Shown here in pieces: positions 24,444-32,000 of a stretch of 32,000 nt of DNA (within the stretch, counting starts at the first letter, position 1; every line of letters starts with the position of its first letter). The stretch is from Ignicoccus pacificus DSM 13166 (GTDB lineage: Archaea > Thermoproteota > Thermoprotei_A > Sulfolobales > Ignicoccaceae). The stretch covers positions 1-32,000 of the forward strand of contig CP006868.1 of assembly GCA_025340205.1 (NCBI GenBank). The letters are read 5' to 3'. The notes under the pieces are model-generated. The model was given only the letters and a program-made list of their open reading frames with translations, did no database searches and was not told the DNA's origin. A program made the position numbers and the translations under genes.

Positions 24444-27400
24444 ATGAGCAGTGCTCAGCAATTCCCCACGGTTGAGGATCGTTGGACCGTAATAAATGCC
24501 TTCTTCAAGGAGAAGGGATTGGTAAGACAGCAGCTAGAGTCATTTAACAAGTTCGTTACTGAAACACTACAGAAGCTCATCGATGAGATAGGAGAAGTAG
24601 AGCTCTTGGAAGGTTACAAAATAGAGTTCGGGAAGGTAAGGTATGGTAAGCCCTTGGTCAAGGAACCGGATGGAATAAACGAGGAGATAACGCCCACTGA
24701 GTGCAGAATAAGGGACTTGACCTACGCGGCTCCCATATACGTTTACATGAGACTCAGAGGCCCCAGAGGAGACATAATAGATGAGGGTGAAGTAGAGATA
24801 GGCCAGATGCCGATAATGCTAAGGTCGATTCTAGACCCTCTCTCCAAGATGAGTCCTGAAGAGCTCATAGAGGCTGGAGAAGATCCGAGGGATCCCGGAG
24901 GGTACTTCATCGTTGAGGGTAGCGAAAGGGTCGTGGTGACCCAAGAGGATCTAGCTCTAAACAAGGTATTGGTTGACAAGGGAGGTCCCCAGACGACGGT
25001 CACTCATACAGCAAAGGTGCTTTCGAGCACCCTAGGATATAGGGTACAAGTGATCGTAGAAAGACAGAAAGATGGTACTCTCCATGCCATATTCCCCCCT
25101 CTACCCGGCAAGATACCATTCATCGTCCTAATGAGGGCCCTTGGAATAGAGTCGGACAAAGACATAACTTCCATGGTAAGCCTAGATCCAGACATTCAAC
25201 AAGAGCTCCTCTCCTCTATAGAGCAAGCCGCTGCTATGCCCACCGTAGAGGATGCTTTGGATTTCATAGGAGCGAGGATAGCGGTAGGATTGCCTAGGGA
25301 TAAGAGAATAGAGAGGGCTCAGCAGCTATTGGACAATAACTTGTTACCTCACCTAGGAACCACGCCGGAGGCGAGACTGAAGAAAGCCATATTCTTGGCT
25401 CATATGGCTAGGAAGCTATTAGAAGTATACCTTGAGAGGAGAGAGCCCGACGACAAGGACCATTACGCTAACAGAAGACTAAAGCTGACTGGAGATCTAA
25501 TGGCAGCTCTCTTCAGAACTAACCTAAGAGCAATGTTGAAAGATATTACTTACCAGCTAGAGAGATCTACGAGTAGAGGAGGAGAGAGACTCAAGCTAAG
25601 AATATTGATAAGGCCTAATTACCTTGGTGATAAGGTAAGACAAGCGCTAGCTACCGGTAACTGGGTCGGTGGAAGAACCGGCGTCTCTCAGCTCTTGGAT
25701 AGGACCAACTGGTTAAGCACGCTTTCACACTTGAGAAGGGTCGTGTCACCTCTGTCCAGAACTCAGCCTCACTACGAGGCAAGAGAGCTCCACATGACCC
25801 AATGGGGAAGGATATGTCCCTTCGAGACTCCAGAAGGACCCAACATCGGTCTAGTCAAGAACCTAGCTCTCTCCGCTTACATCTCCGTGGGAGTACCTGA
25901 AGAAGAGATAGAGGAAGTCCTCAAGGAGCTCGGGATGGTGCCAGTGGAGGACGTGGTCGATGCAATAAGGAATGAACAACCGATTCCAGAGGAAGCGATC
26001 ACCGGAGCTAGGGTTTACTTGAACGGAAGGCCCGTAGGATATTACCATGACGCTCACGAGCTAGCTCAGAAGCTTAGAAAGCTGAGAAGGGAAGGGAAGA
26101 TTCACTTCGAGGTAGGTGTGGGCGTCTACGAGAACGACGACGGCAGCATCAAGGAGGTTTATGTAAATACCGACCCCGGGAGGGTGTTAAGACCGGTCTT
26201 TGTCGTTGAGAACGGAGAGCTCAAGCTGAAGCCAGAACACGTTGAGAAGCTCAGGAGCGGTGAGTGGACATTCAGAGACTTGCTAGTGAGAGGAATAGTG
26301 GAACTATTGGATGCAGATGAGGAAGAGAATGCCTACATAGCACTAAACCCCGAGGACGTGACTCCAGAGCATACACATATGGAGATATGGATACCAGCGA
26401 TCTTCGGCGTAGCGGCCTCGACGATACCTTACTTGGAGCACAACCAAAGCCCGAGAAACAGCTACCAGAGCGCAATGGCCAAGCAAGCGCTAGGACTCTA
26501 CGCCGCTAACTTCATGCTAAGGAGTGATACTAGAGGATACTTGCTTCACTATCCAGAGAGACCATTGGCTCAAACTAGGCACTTGGACGTAATAGGTTAC
26601 AACCACAGACCAGCTGGACAAAACGCTATAGCTGCGATAATGTCCTACACTGGCTACAACATAGAGGACGCCATAATAATGAATAAATCAAGCGTTGACA
26701 GAGGTTTCATGAGAGCTACCTTCTTCAGATTGTATCAGACGGAGGAACAGAAGTACCCAGGAGGACAAGAGGACAGAATCGAAGTTCCCAGACCAGAGCT
26801 TAAGGTAAGGGGCTTCAGAGGCCCGGAGGCGTATAAGAAACTAGACGAGGATGGATTGGTTCAGCCGGAGACCTACGTGGTGGGAGGAGAGGTCATCATT
26901 GGAAAAACTAGCCCGCCTAGATTTACCGATGAGTACAAGGAAATGGGAATAGTTGAGACTGCCAGAAGGGATACCTCAATAGCGGTAAGGCACGGCGAAG
27001 AGGGAGTAGTGGATACCGTTGTGGTTACTCAAAACATAGATGGTGTTAAGATGATAAAGATCAAGGTAAGGGACTTGAGAATACCGGAGATAGGAGATAA
27101 GTTCGCATCAAGACATGGTCAGAAGGGAGTAGCGAGCATCCTCTTGCCCCAGTATGACATGCCCTACTCGGAGTTTGGAATGGTACCAGATGTCATACTG
27201 AATCCCCACGCGTTCCCATCAAGAATGACACTGGGACAACTGATCGAGAGCATTGCTTCCAAGGCAGCCTCCTTCAGAGGAAGAGAGGTAGACGCTACGC
27301 CGTTCTACAAAGAACCATTAGATCCTCTGAGAGAGATACTTGTCAAGAGAGGATTCCCACCGGACGGAACTGAAGTGATGTTCGACGGAAGGACCGGAGA

Positions 27401-27839
27401 GATGGTGGCCAGACCCGTCTTCATAGGAGTTGTCTTCTATCAGAGACTCTACCACATGGTGGCCGATAAGATCCACGCTAGAGCTAGAGGACCAGTCCAG
27501 ATACTGACGAGACAGCCCACCGAAGGCAGGACGAGGAAGGGAGGTCTGAGGTTCGGAGAGATGGAGAGAGACGTCTTGGTGGCCCACGGAGTAGCACAGC
27601 TCCTCGTAGAGAGGCTTCTGAAGAGCAGCGACGCGACTAGAGTTTGGGTCTGTGCCAAGTGCGGTCACATAGGATGGTGGGATGCGTTCAGAGGTAAGCC
27701 GGTATGCCCTATTCACGGCGATGAAGGTGAGATGTATCAAATAGAGATAAGCTACGCGTTCAAGCTATTGCTACAAGAGATAATGAGCATGGTGATAATG
27801 CCCAGGCTAAGACTCGGAGACAGATTCAGTAAGATCTGA
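24444..27839 (+). CDS. rpoB: DNA-directed RNA polymerase subunit B (Rpo2), unsplit
   Basis: About 1131 aa with all Rpo2 hallmarks (GYFIVEGSERV, HLRRV..P..R..P.YEAR..H.T.WG..CP.ETPEG.N.GLVKNL, GDKF.SRHGQKG, PF.SRMT.GQL.E, GG.RFGEMERD, and C-terminal Zn ribbon CAKCGH...CPIHG). GTG 24435 is an alternative start. Confidence 0.97.
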   Translation: MSSAQQFPTVEDRWTVINAFFKEKGLVRQQLESFNKFVTETLQKLIDEIGEVELLEGYKIEFGKVRYGKPLVKEPDGINEEITPTECRIRDLTYAAPIYVYMRLRGPRGDIIDEGEVEIGQMPIMLRSILDPLSKMSPEELIEAGEDPRDPGGYFIVEGSERVVVTQEDLALNKVLVDKGGPQTTVTHTAKVLSSTLGYRVQVIVERQKDGTLHAIFPPLPGKIPFIVLMRALGIESDKDITSMVSLDPDIQQELLSSIEQAAAMPTVEDALDFIGARIAVGLPRDKRIERAQQLLDNNLLPHLGTTPEARLKKAIFLAHMARKLLEVYLERREPDDKDHYANRRLKLTGDLMAALFRTNLRAMLKDITYQLERSTSRGGERLKLRILIRPNYLGDKVRQALATGNWVGGRTGVSQLLDRTNWLSTLSHLRRVVSPLSRTQPHYEARELHMTQWGRICPFETPEGPNIGLVKNLALSAYISVGVPEEEIEEVLKELGMVPVEDVVDAIRNEQPIPEEAITGARVYLNGRPVGYYHDAHELAQKLRKLRREGKIHFEVGVGVYENDDGSIKEVYVNTDPGRVLRPVFVVENGELKLKPEHVEKLRSGEWTFRDLLVRGIVELLDADEEENAYIALNPEDVTPEHTHMEIWIPAIFGVAASTIPYLEHNQSPRNSYQSAMAKQALGLYAANFMLRSDTRGYLLHYPERPLAQTRHLDVIGYNHRPAGQNAIAAIMSYTGYNIEDAIIMNKSSVDRGFMRATFFRLYQTEEQKYPGGQEDRIEVPRPELKVRGFRGPEAYKKLDEDGLVQPETYVVGGEVIIGKTSPPRFTDEYKEMGIVETARRDTSIAVRHGEEGVVDTVVVTQNIDGVKMIKIKVRDLRIPEIGDKFASRHGQKGVASILLPQYDMPYSEFGMVPDVILNPHAFPSRMTLGQLIESIASKAASFRGREVDATPFYKEPLDPLREILVKRGFPPDGTEVMFDGRTGEMVARPVFIGVVFYQRLYHMVADKIHARARGPVQILTRQPTEGRTRKGGLRFGEMERDVLVAHGVAQLLVERLLKSSDATRVWVCAKCGHIGWWDAFRGKPVCPIHGDEGEMYQIEISYAFKLLLQEIMSMVIMPRLRLGDRFSKI

Positions 27840-27849
27840 GGGTCTTTTT

Positions 27850-28416
27850 ATGAAAAGGATCCTTGTAGTCGGAGCGGGAGCTTTAGGAAGCTGGACCTCA
27901 GAGATAATCGTACGATCCCTAAACAATCTCTCCTTTACCCTTGTTGACTTCGATAAGATAGATGAACAAAACATTTATCGTCAGTTGTACTACCCTGAAG
28001 ATATAGGTAAATATAAGGTTGAGGTTTTGGCAAATAGATTAAAGAAGTTTGGAGCAAATGTGAAAACAGTAAAGAGTAAGATAGAAGACGTGATTGATTC
28101 TTTAGAAGATCACGATCTAGCATTGGCATTAACGGATAACATCGAAAGTAGACTGGTTGTGGAGAAGAGGTTCAAGACGTTACATGCAATGGTCAGACCT
28201 GAGTTCGGAATTCTGTTAATGACCACTGAGAAGGTAAAGTTACGCAATATTATGAGAAGGGGAAGACATAGAGGAAGACAAGACGTTAGTATGGTAGTAA
28301 CGATCGCTTCCTTTGCTGCCAGAGCCGCTATAGAATACTTGACTACTGGAAGGAGCGCAGTCGAAGGGCGTATGTTAATAGTCTCAAAATATGGAACGGA
28401 ATGGTTGGAGCTCTAA
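27850..28416 (+). CDS. Minimal ThiF/MoeB/E1-like adenylation-domain protein
   Basis: 188 aa with ILVVGAGALGSW (GxGxxG), TLVDFDKIDEQNIYRQ (D.D....N..RQ), DIGKYKVE (Lys), DLALALTDNIESR (the TDN Asp motif), and a C-terminal helix TIASFAARAAIEYL. It has no CxxC Zn motifs and no catalytic-Cys crossover loop; a basic loop RRGRHRGRQD takes that place. Confidence 0.7.
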   Translation: MKRILVVGAGALGSWTSEIIVRSLNNLSFTLVDFDKIDEQNIYRQLYYPEDIGKYKVEVLANRLKKFGANVKTVKSKIEDVIDSLEDHDLALALTDNIESRLVVEKRFKTLHAMVRPEFGILLMTTEKVKLRNIMRRGRHRGRQDVSMVVTIASFAARAAIEYLTTGRSAVEGRMLIVSKYGTEWLEL

Positions 28417-28417
28417 G

Positions 28418-28428
28418 TTTTTATATAA
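28418..28428 (+). promoter_or_regulatory. Putative TATA box for the 601-aa winged-helix repeat gene
   Basis: TTTTTATATAA sits directly after the ThiF-like stop. It is too close to ATG 28435 to serve that codon, so it favours ATG 28459/28462 as a short-leader start. Confidence 0.45.
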
Positions 28429-28458
28429 TCGCTAATGGGTGGAACTGGCGATCGAACC

Positions 28459-30240
28459 ATGATGCTGAAGCAGAAGCACTTGAAAATGTTAGAGATGCTA
28501 AGAGAGAAGCCGCTGGATATCAATGAGTTCATCACCGGTGAGTACGAGGAGAGGGAAGATGCCATACTAACCTTGCTGAGCTTGGAGCTACAAGGCTTCG
28601 TGAAGCCGGTCGATCCTAAGGATCCCAGAGTGTTTACCTTGACCGACGCCGGCAAGGTCGTCTACGACGTTTGGGAAGCCCTAGGGAAGCCTAAGACAGA
28701 TCCTTGGTTCGACAGCGCTATCCACATGATGCTATGGACGTTATGGAAGACTGGAGGAGCGGCGCCGAAAGATTGGGTGACCCCGCTCAAGGAGAGGGGA
28801 TTCTTAACCGAAGAGAATAAGCTAAACGAAGAAGCGAAGAAGTTGGTCGAAGTCTTTGAACCGGGTAAGAGAGAACGCAAGATAAGGGTCACTAGGGACT
28901 TGGGAGCTATACTAGCGAGGATCCCGGTAGGACCAGCTTCCGCGACCACCATTTCCAAATATCCAGAAGATATGCTAGAGCTTCTGGAGGCCATGGGCGT
29001 TCTCGTCTATAGTGCCCCGGATAGGGGTTACTACGCTCTAACGAGACTAGGGAGGTACCTAAAGGAAGCCATAAGGGAGTTGAAGCCTGTTGCTATGGAG
29101 TATGTCCTAGTTAATAAGAGAATAATGGATCTAGTGAAGAAGCTGATCGAGGGTGAAGAACTCACCGAGGACGAGAAGCTGTACTTGCTCAACTTAGGGT
29201 ATTTAGAAGGTGATAGACCCAGCAGAGCGGCTAGACTACTCTACCTAGCTATGAAGGAGCTCGAAAGGAAGGAGTGGTGGGCCACCTTCACCGTAGGGCT
29301 GACCAGAGTGGATCAGTGGGTTATGAGAGTAATTGACCATTTGTGGAAGAAGGCTGAGAACAACCCCGAACTAAAGCCGACCAAGAAGCTGATACAGTAC
29401 TGGATAGAAAGACATAGAGACGAGATAGGGATGGACGAGGAAACCTACAAGGAATTAGAGTTCAGCGATTACACTATAGGAATAGCCCTTTACCGCCTAG
29501 AGGCATTGGAGCTAGTAAAATCTTATGAGGAGAAAGAGAAGATGATATATGAACTCACTGACTATGGCAAGAGGTTACTCGAGGTAATCAAGAAGGGTAA
29601 GGTAGAGGAGATACCGAGCTACGCAGTAAGACCTCTAATCTATGCTGACAGAGGACTACCTCCCTTCAGGTTATGGATAGAGGAGGCGATCAAGTGGAAC
29701 TTAATGGGTCCTGGAGGAGCCGGTACCAAGGCTAAGGAGCTCATGAGAATAGCTAGGAGAGTAAAGAGGATGCCTTTGCTAACCAAGTTCGAGGTTCTGG
29801 TACTTCAGAAGATGCTCCCCAGCAAGCAGACCGAACCCGTAGAGGAACTGTTGAAGAGGTTTGACGATCCGGAGAAGGCTAGAGCCGCTCTCTACTGGCT
29901 CGAGCTTTGGGGCGCGGTAGAGTTCCACGGTAACGGCCATGTCGAGCTCACCGAGATCGGAGAGATGCTTAAGCATGCGCTAGTAGCCGTACCTCCCGGC
30001 GTGGCGACTCCGGTACATCCTCACTTCCTAAGAGTGCTACAAGTGATCAAAGAGCTTGGTAACTACGAGGACATAAGGGAGATAGTTAACAGGACTAGAC
30101 TTACTTTAGGAATAGTGAAGGATGCCATAGTAGTTGCCAGAGAGGCAAAGCTCCTCGGAAGGAAGGACTTGACGGGCGAAGGAGAGCTGTTGCTCAAGGC
30201 AGTGGAGGAGATACAGAAGCACGTAGAGGAATGGGCCTAA
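28459..30240 (+). CDS. Multi-winged-helix repeat protein (about 593-601 aa), function unknown
   Basis: Four repeated modules. Each has a long wH-like unit (LE..G.V.......Y.LT..G..L at aa ~51-76, 181-210, 351-384 and 485-515, numbered from ATG 28435) followed by a shorter related unit (aa ~118-140, 251-270, 415-440 and 568-590). The ORF is open from 28435. Confidence 0.7.
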   Translation: MMLKQKHLKMLEMLREKPLDINEFITGEYEEREDAILTLLSLELQGFVKPVDPKDPRVFTLTDAGKVVYDVWEALGKPKTDPWFDSAIHMMLWTLWKTGGAAPKDWVTPLKERGFLTEENKLNEEAKKLVEVFEPGKRERKIRVTRDLGAILARIPVGPASATTISKYPEDMLELLEAMGVLVYSAPDRGYYALTRLGRYLKEAIRELKPVAMEYVLVNKRIMDLVKKLIEGEELTEDEKLYLLNLGYLEGDRPSRAARLLYLAMKELERKEWWATFTVGLTRVDQWVMRVIDHLWKKAENNPELKPTKKLIQYWIERHRDEIGMDEETYKELEFSDYTIGIALYRLEALELVKSYEEKEKMIYELTDYGKRLLEVIKKGKVEEIPSYAVRPLIYADRGLPPFRLWIEEAIKWNLMGPGGAGTKAKELMRIARRVKRMPLLTKFEVLVLQKMLPSKQTEPVEELLKRFDDPEKARAALYWLELWGAVEFHGNGHVELTEIGEMLKHALVAVPPGVATPVHPHFLRVLQVIKELGNYEDIREIVNRTRLTLGIVKDAIVVAREAKLLGRKDLTGEGELLLKAVEEIQKHVEEWA

Positions 30241-30244
30241 GTTC

Positions 30245-30249
30245 TTTTT
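30245..30249 (+). terminator. Oligo-T terminator candidate
   Basis: TTTTT within GTTCTTTTTCTT lies 5 nt after the stop of the 601-aa gene. Archaeal termination uses T runs. Confidence 0.4.
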
Positions 30250-30285
30250 CTTACCCTCTGGTCAAGTGCTCATACCTCATGAAGC

Positions 30286-30296
30286 TAAATTAATAC
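30286..30296 (+). promoter_or_regulatory. Putative TATA box for atpB-atpD
   Basis: TAAATTAATA lies about 40 nt upstream of TTG 30333. GGAGGGAG (30318-30325) serves as the Shine-Dalgarno site. Confidence 0.45.
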
Positions 30297-30332
30297 TCAT
30301 CCTTGCGCTAGTTAAATGGAGGGAGAAGCTCT

Positions 30333-31745
30333 TTGGCAGTCCAAATAAGGGGTAAAGAGTACGAGTCCGTCAGCGAGATCAGAGGCCAACTCCTAGTAGT
30401 GGAGGGAGTGAGCGACGCCGGATATGGAGAGCTGGTAGACATCGAAATGCCAACTGGCGAGAAGAGGAGAGGGATAGTCCTCGAAACGGGAAGAGGACTA
30501 GCAGTCGTCCAGGTGTTCGAAGGAACCACCGGAATCGCTCCTACTGGAACCAAGGTACGCTTCACTGGAAGGATCTTGGAGATGGGAGTCTCTGAGGAGA
30601 TGTTAGGAAGAATAATGAACGCTCTCGGCGAGCCAATAGATGGAGGTGCTCCTATCAAGGCCGTAGAGAAGAGGAACGTTTGGGGAGAACCTATCAACCC
30701 TTACGCTAGGGAATACCCCGACGAGTTCATTCAGACTGGAATAAGTGCCATAGACGGAATGAACTCTCTAGTAAGAGGTCAGAAGCTACCCATATTCTCC
30801 GGTTCCGGACTTCCACACAACAAGTTGGCAGCTCAAATCGCTAGGCAAGCGACCGTTAGGGGCAAGGAGGAGTCTTTCGCAGTAGTGTTCGCCGCTATAG
30901 GTATCCAATACGACGAGCTTCTGTTCTTCAAGAAAGCCTTCGAGGAGACTGGAGCCATTAGCAGGACTGCCATGTTCGTAAGCCTAGCTAACGAGCCTGC
31001 AATGATGAAGATAGTTACTCCGAGAGCCGCCCTAACCCTAGCGGAGTACTTAGCCTTCAACAAGGATATGCACGTTCTGGTCATCATCACTGACATGACC
31101 AACTACTGTGAGGCGCTAAGAGAGATCTCCGCTAGCAGAGAAGAGGTGCCCGGAAGGCAAGGATACCCGGGCTACATGTACACCGACTTGGCCACCATAT
31201 ACGAGAGAGCTGGAAGGGTGAAGGGTTCCAACGGCTCCATCACCCAAATGCCAATTCTCACCATGCCTAACGATGACATTACTCACCCCATCCCCGACCT
31301 AACCGGCTACATCACTGAGGGACAAATAGTGCTCTCCAGAGACTTGCACAACAAGGGTATCTATCCGCCCATTAACGTATTGATGAGCCTCTCCAGGCTG
31401 ATGAGGGACGGTATAGGTAAGGGTAAGACCAGAGAGGACCACCCCGATGTGGCTAACCAGCTCTACGCAGCCTATGCTAAGGCTGTAGATCTAAGGGGAC
31501 TAGCGGCGATAGTCGGTGAGGAGAGCCTCAGCGAGGTGGACAGGAAGTACTTAAGGTTCGGTGAAGCCTTCGAGAACAAGTTCCTGAGGCAAGACTACTA
31601 TGAGAACAGGAGTATCGAAGAGACCTTGGACCTAGCTTGGGAGATATTAGCTATATTGCCAGAGGAAGAGCTTACCAAGATAAGGCCGGAGTACATCAAG
31701 AAGTACCACCCCAAGTACAGAGCGGCCAAGAGCTTGAAGAAGTGA
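30333..31745 (+). CDS. atpB: A1Ao/V-type ATP synthase subunit B
   Basis: 470 aa. [77 protein letters not shown] and [29 protein letters not shown] are canonical non-catalytic B-subunit motifs. The start codon is TTG. Confidence 0.96.
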   Translation: MAVQIRGKEYESVSEIRGQLLVVEGVSDAGYGELVDIEMPTGEKRRGIVLETGRGLAVVQVFEGTTGIAPTGTKVRFTGRILEMGVSEEMLGRIMNALGEPIDGGAPIKAVEKRNVWGEPINPYAREYPDEFIQTGISAIDGMNSLVRGQKLPIFSGSGLPHNKLAAQIARQATVRGKEESFAVVFAAIGIQYDELLFFKKAFEETGAISRTAMFVSLANEPAMMKIVTPRAALTLAEYLAFNKDMHVLVIITDMTNYCEALREISASREEVPGRQGYPGYMYTDLATIYERAGRVKGSNGSITQMPILTMPNDDITHPIPDLTGYITEGQIVLSRDLHNKGIYPPINVLMSLSRLMRDGIGKGKTREDHPDVANQLYAAYAKAVDLRGLAAIVGEESLSEVDRKYLRFGEAFENKFLRQDYYENRSIEETLDLAWEILAILPEEELTKIRPEYIKKYHPKYRAAKSLKK

Positions 31746-31755
31746 GGGACCTAAG

Positions 31756-32000
31756 ATGAGCTTTCCTGGAGCTAAGAGAGTTCTTCCCACCAAGATCAAT
31801 TTAATTAGGCTCAAGCAGAGGCAAAAGGTAGTTAAGAAGATACAGAAGCTACTTGAGGATAAGAGAGATATACTTCTAATTTATCTGAGGAAGGCGATAG
31901 CAGAGTATCAGAAGTACTATGACGAGTACGCCGAACACTTGAGCAAGGCTCAAGAGTACTTGACACTGGCCTCAGTTCAAGCCGGATCCTTAGAAACCAA
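31756..32000 (+). CDS. atpD: A1Ao/V-type ATP synthase subunit D (5' partial, runs off the window)
   Basis: MSFPGAKRVLPTKINLIRLKQRQKVVKKIQKLLEDKRDILL matches the subunit D N-terminus (PT...L..LK..L......H.LLKDKRD.L). It starts 10 nt after the atpB stop. Confidence 0.85.
   Translation, partial: MSFPGAKRVLPTKINLIRLKQRQKVVKKIQKLLEDKRDILLIYLRKAIAEYQKYYDEYAEHLSKAQEYLTLASVQAGSLET

Noticed and set aside
27850-28416. Low GC (~38 percent) of the ThiF-like gene as evidence of horizontal transfer
   Set aside because: Hand counts show similarly low GC (~41 percent) in purP, and other low-expression genes in the window look comparable. GC seems to track expression level (rpoB, atpB and aor are richer). 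Composition alone does not indicate foreign origin.
27840-30252. Similar T-rich strings at both ends of the ThiF-like/wH gene pair (GGTCTTTTTA at 27841-27850 and GTTCTTTTTC at 30241-30250) as insertion target-site duplications
   Set aside because: They are short, imperfect and indistinguishable from ordinary oligo-T terminators. There is no recombinase or inverted repeat to support a mobile origin.
1-32000. Search for CRISPR arrays, IS elements, integrases, toxin-antitoxin pairs or long direct/inverted repeats marking an island
   Set aside because: I saw no regularly spaced repeats, no transposase-, integrase- or Cas-like ORFs and no flanking tRNA. The only clear repeat is the intragenic duplication at 2145-2627. 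A by-eye scan cannot exclude short dispersed repeats; a self dot-plot would settle this.

Overview
Housekeeping-dense chromosomal segment of about 32 kb from a hyperthermophilic, crenarchaeote-type archaeon (Thermoproteota). This assignment rests on an unsplit RNA polymerase subunit B preceded by subunit H, an Rpo8/RpoG-like gene, ribosomal protein S26e, a CdvB-type ESCRT-III paralog, a tungsten AOR and A1Ao ATPase B/D. Supporting signals are AGG/AGA/ATA-rich codon usage, A/T-rich TATA boxes about 35-40 nt upstream of starts, and GGTGAT-type Shine-Dalgarno sites inside operons. I support about 37 protein genes on both strands, tightly packed with many 1-40 nt overlaps. I recognised no rRNA, tRNA, CRISPR array, transposase or integrase. 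Several six-frame ORFs are over-extended at the 5' end, and corrected starts are given. Points worth a second look: (1) The near-universal rpoH-rpoB-rpoA1-rpoA2 order stops right after rpoB. The slot holds a 188-aa minimal ThiF/E1-like adenylation-domain gene and a 601-aa protein built of four repeated winged-helix modules, followed by atpB-atpD with its own promoter and no atpA. (2) tRNA Psi54/55 synthase Pus10 is flanked by TrmY on one side and a truncated TrmY-like paralog on the other, in an apparent operon with unknown proteins. (3) An exosortase/archaeosortase-like membrane protein lies next to a prenyltransferase/terpene-cyclase-repeat protein that is translationally coupled to a Dol-P-sugar synthase. 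(4) Two intergenic spacers hold candidate small structured RNAs: a C/D-box-like element and a 74-nt GC-rich element. All family assignments come from motif recognition by eye, not from database searches.
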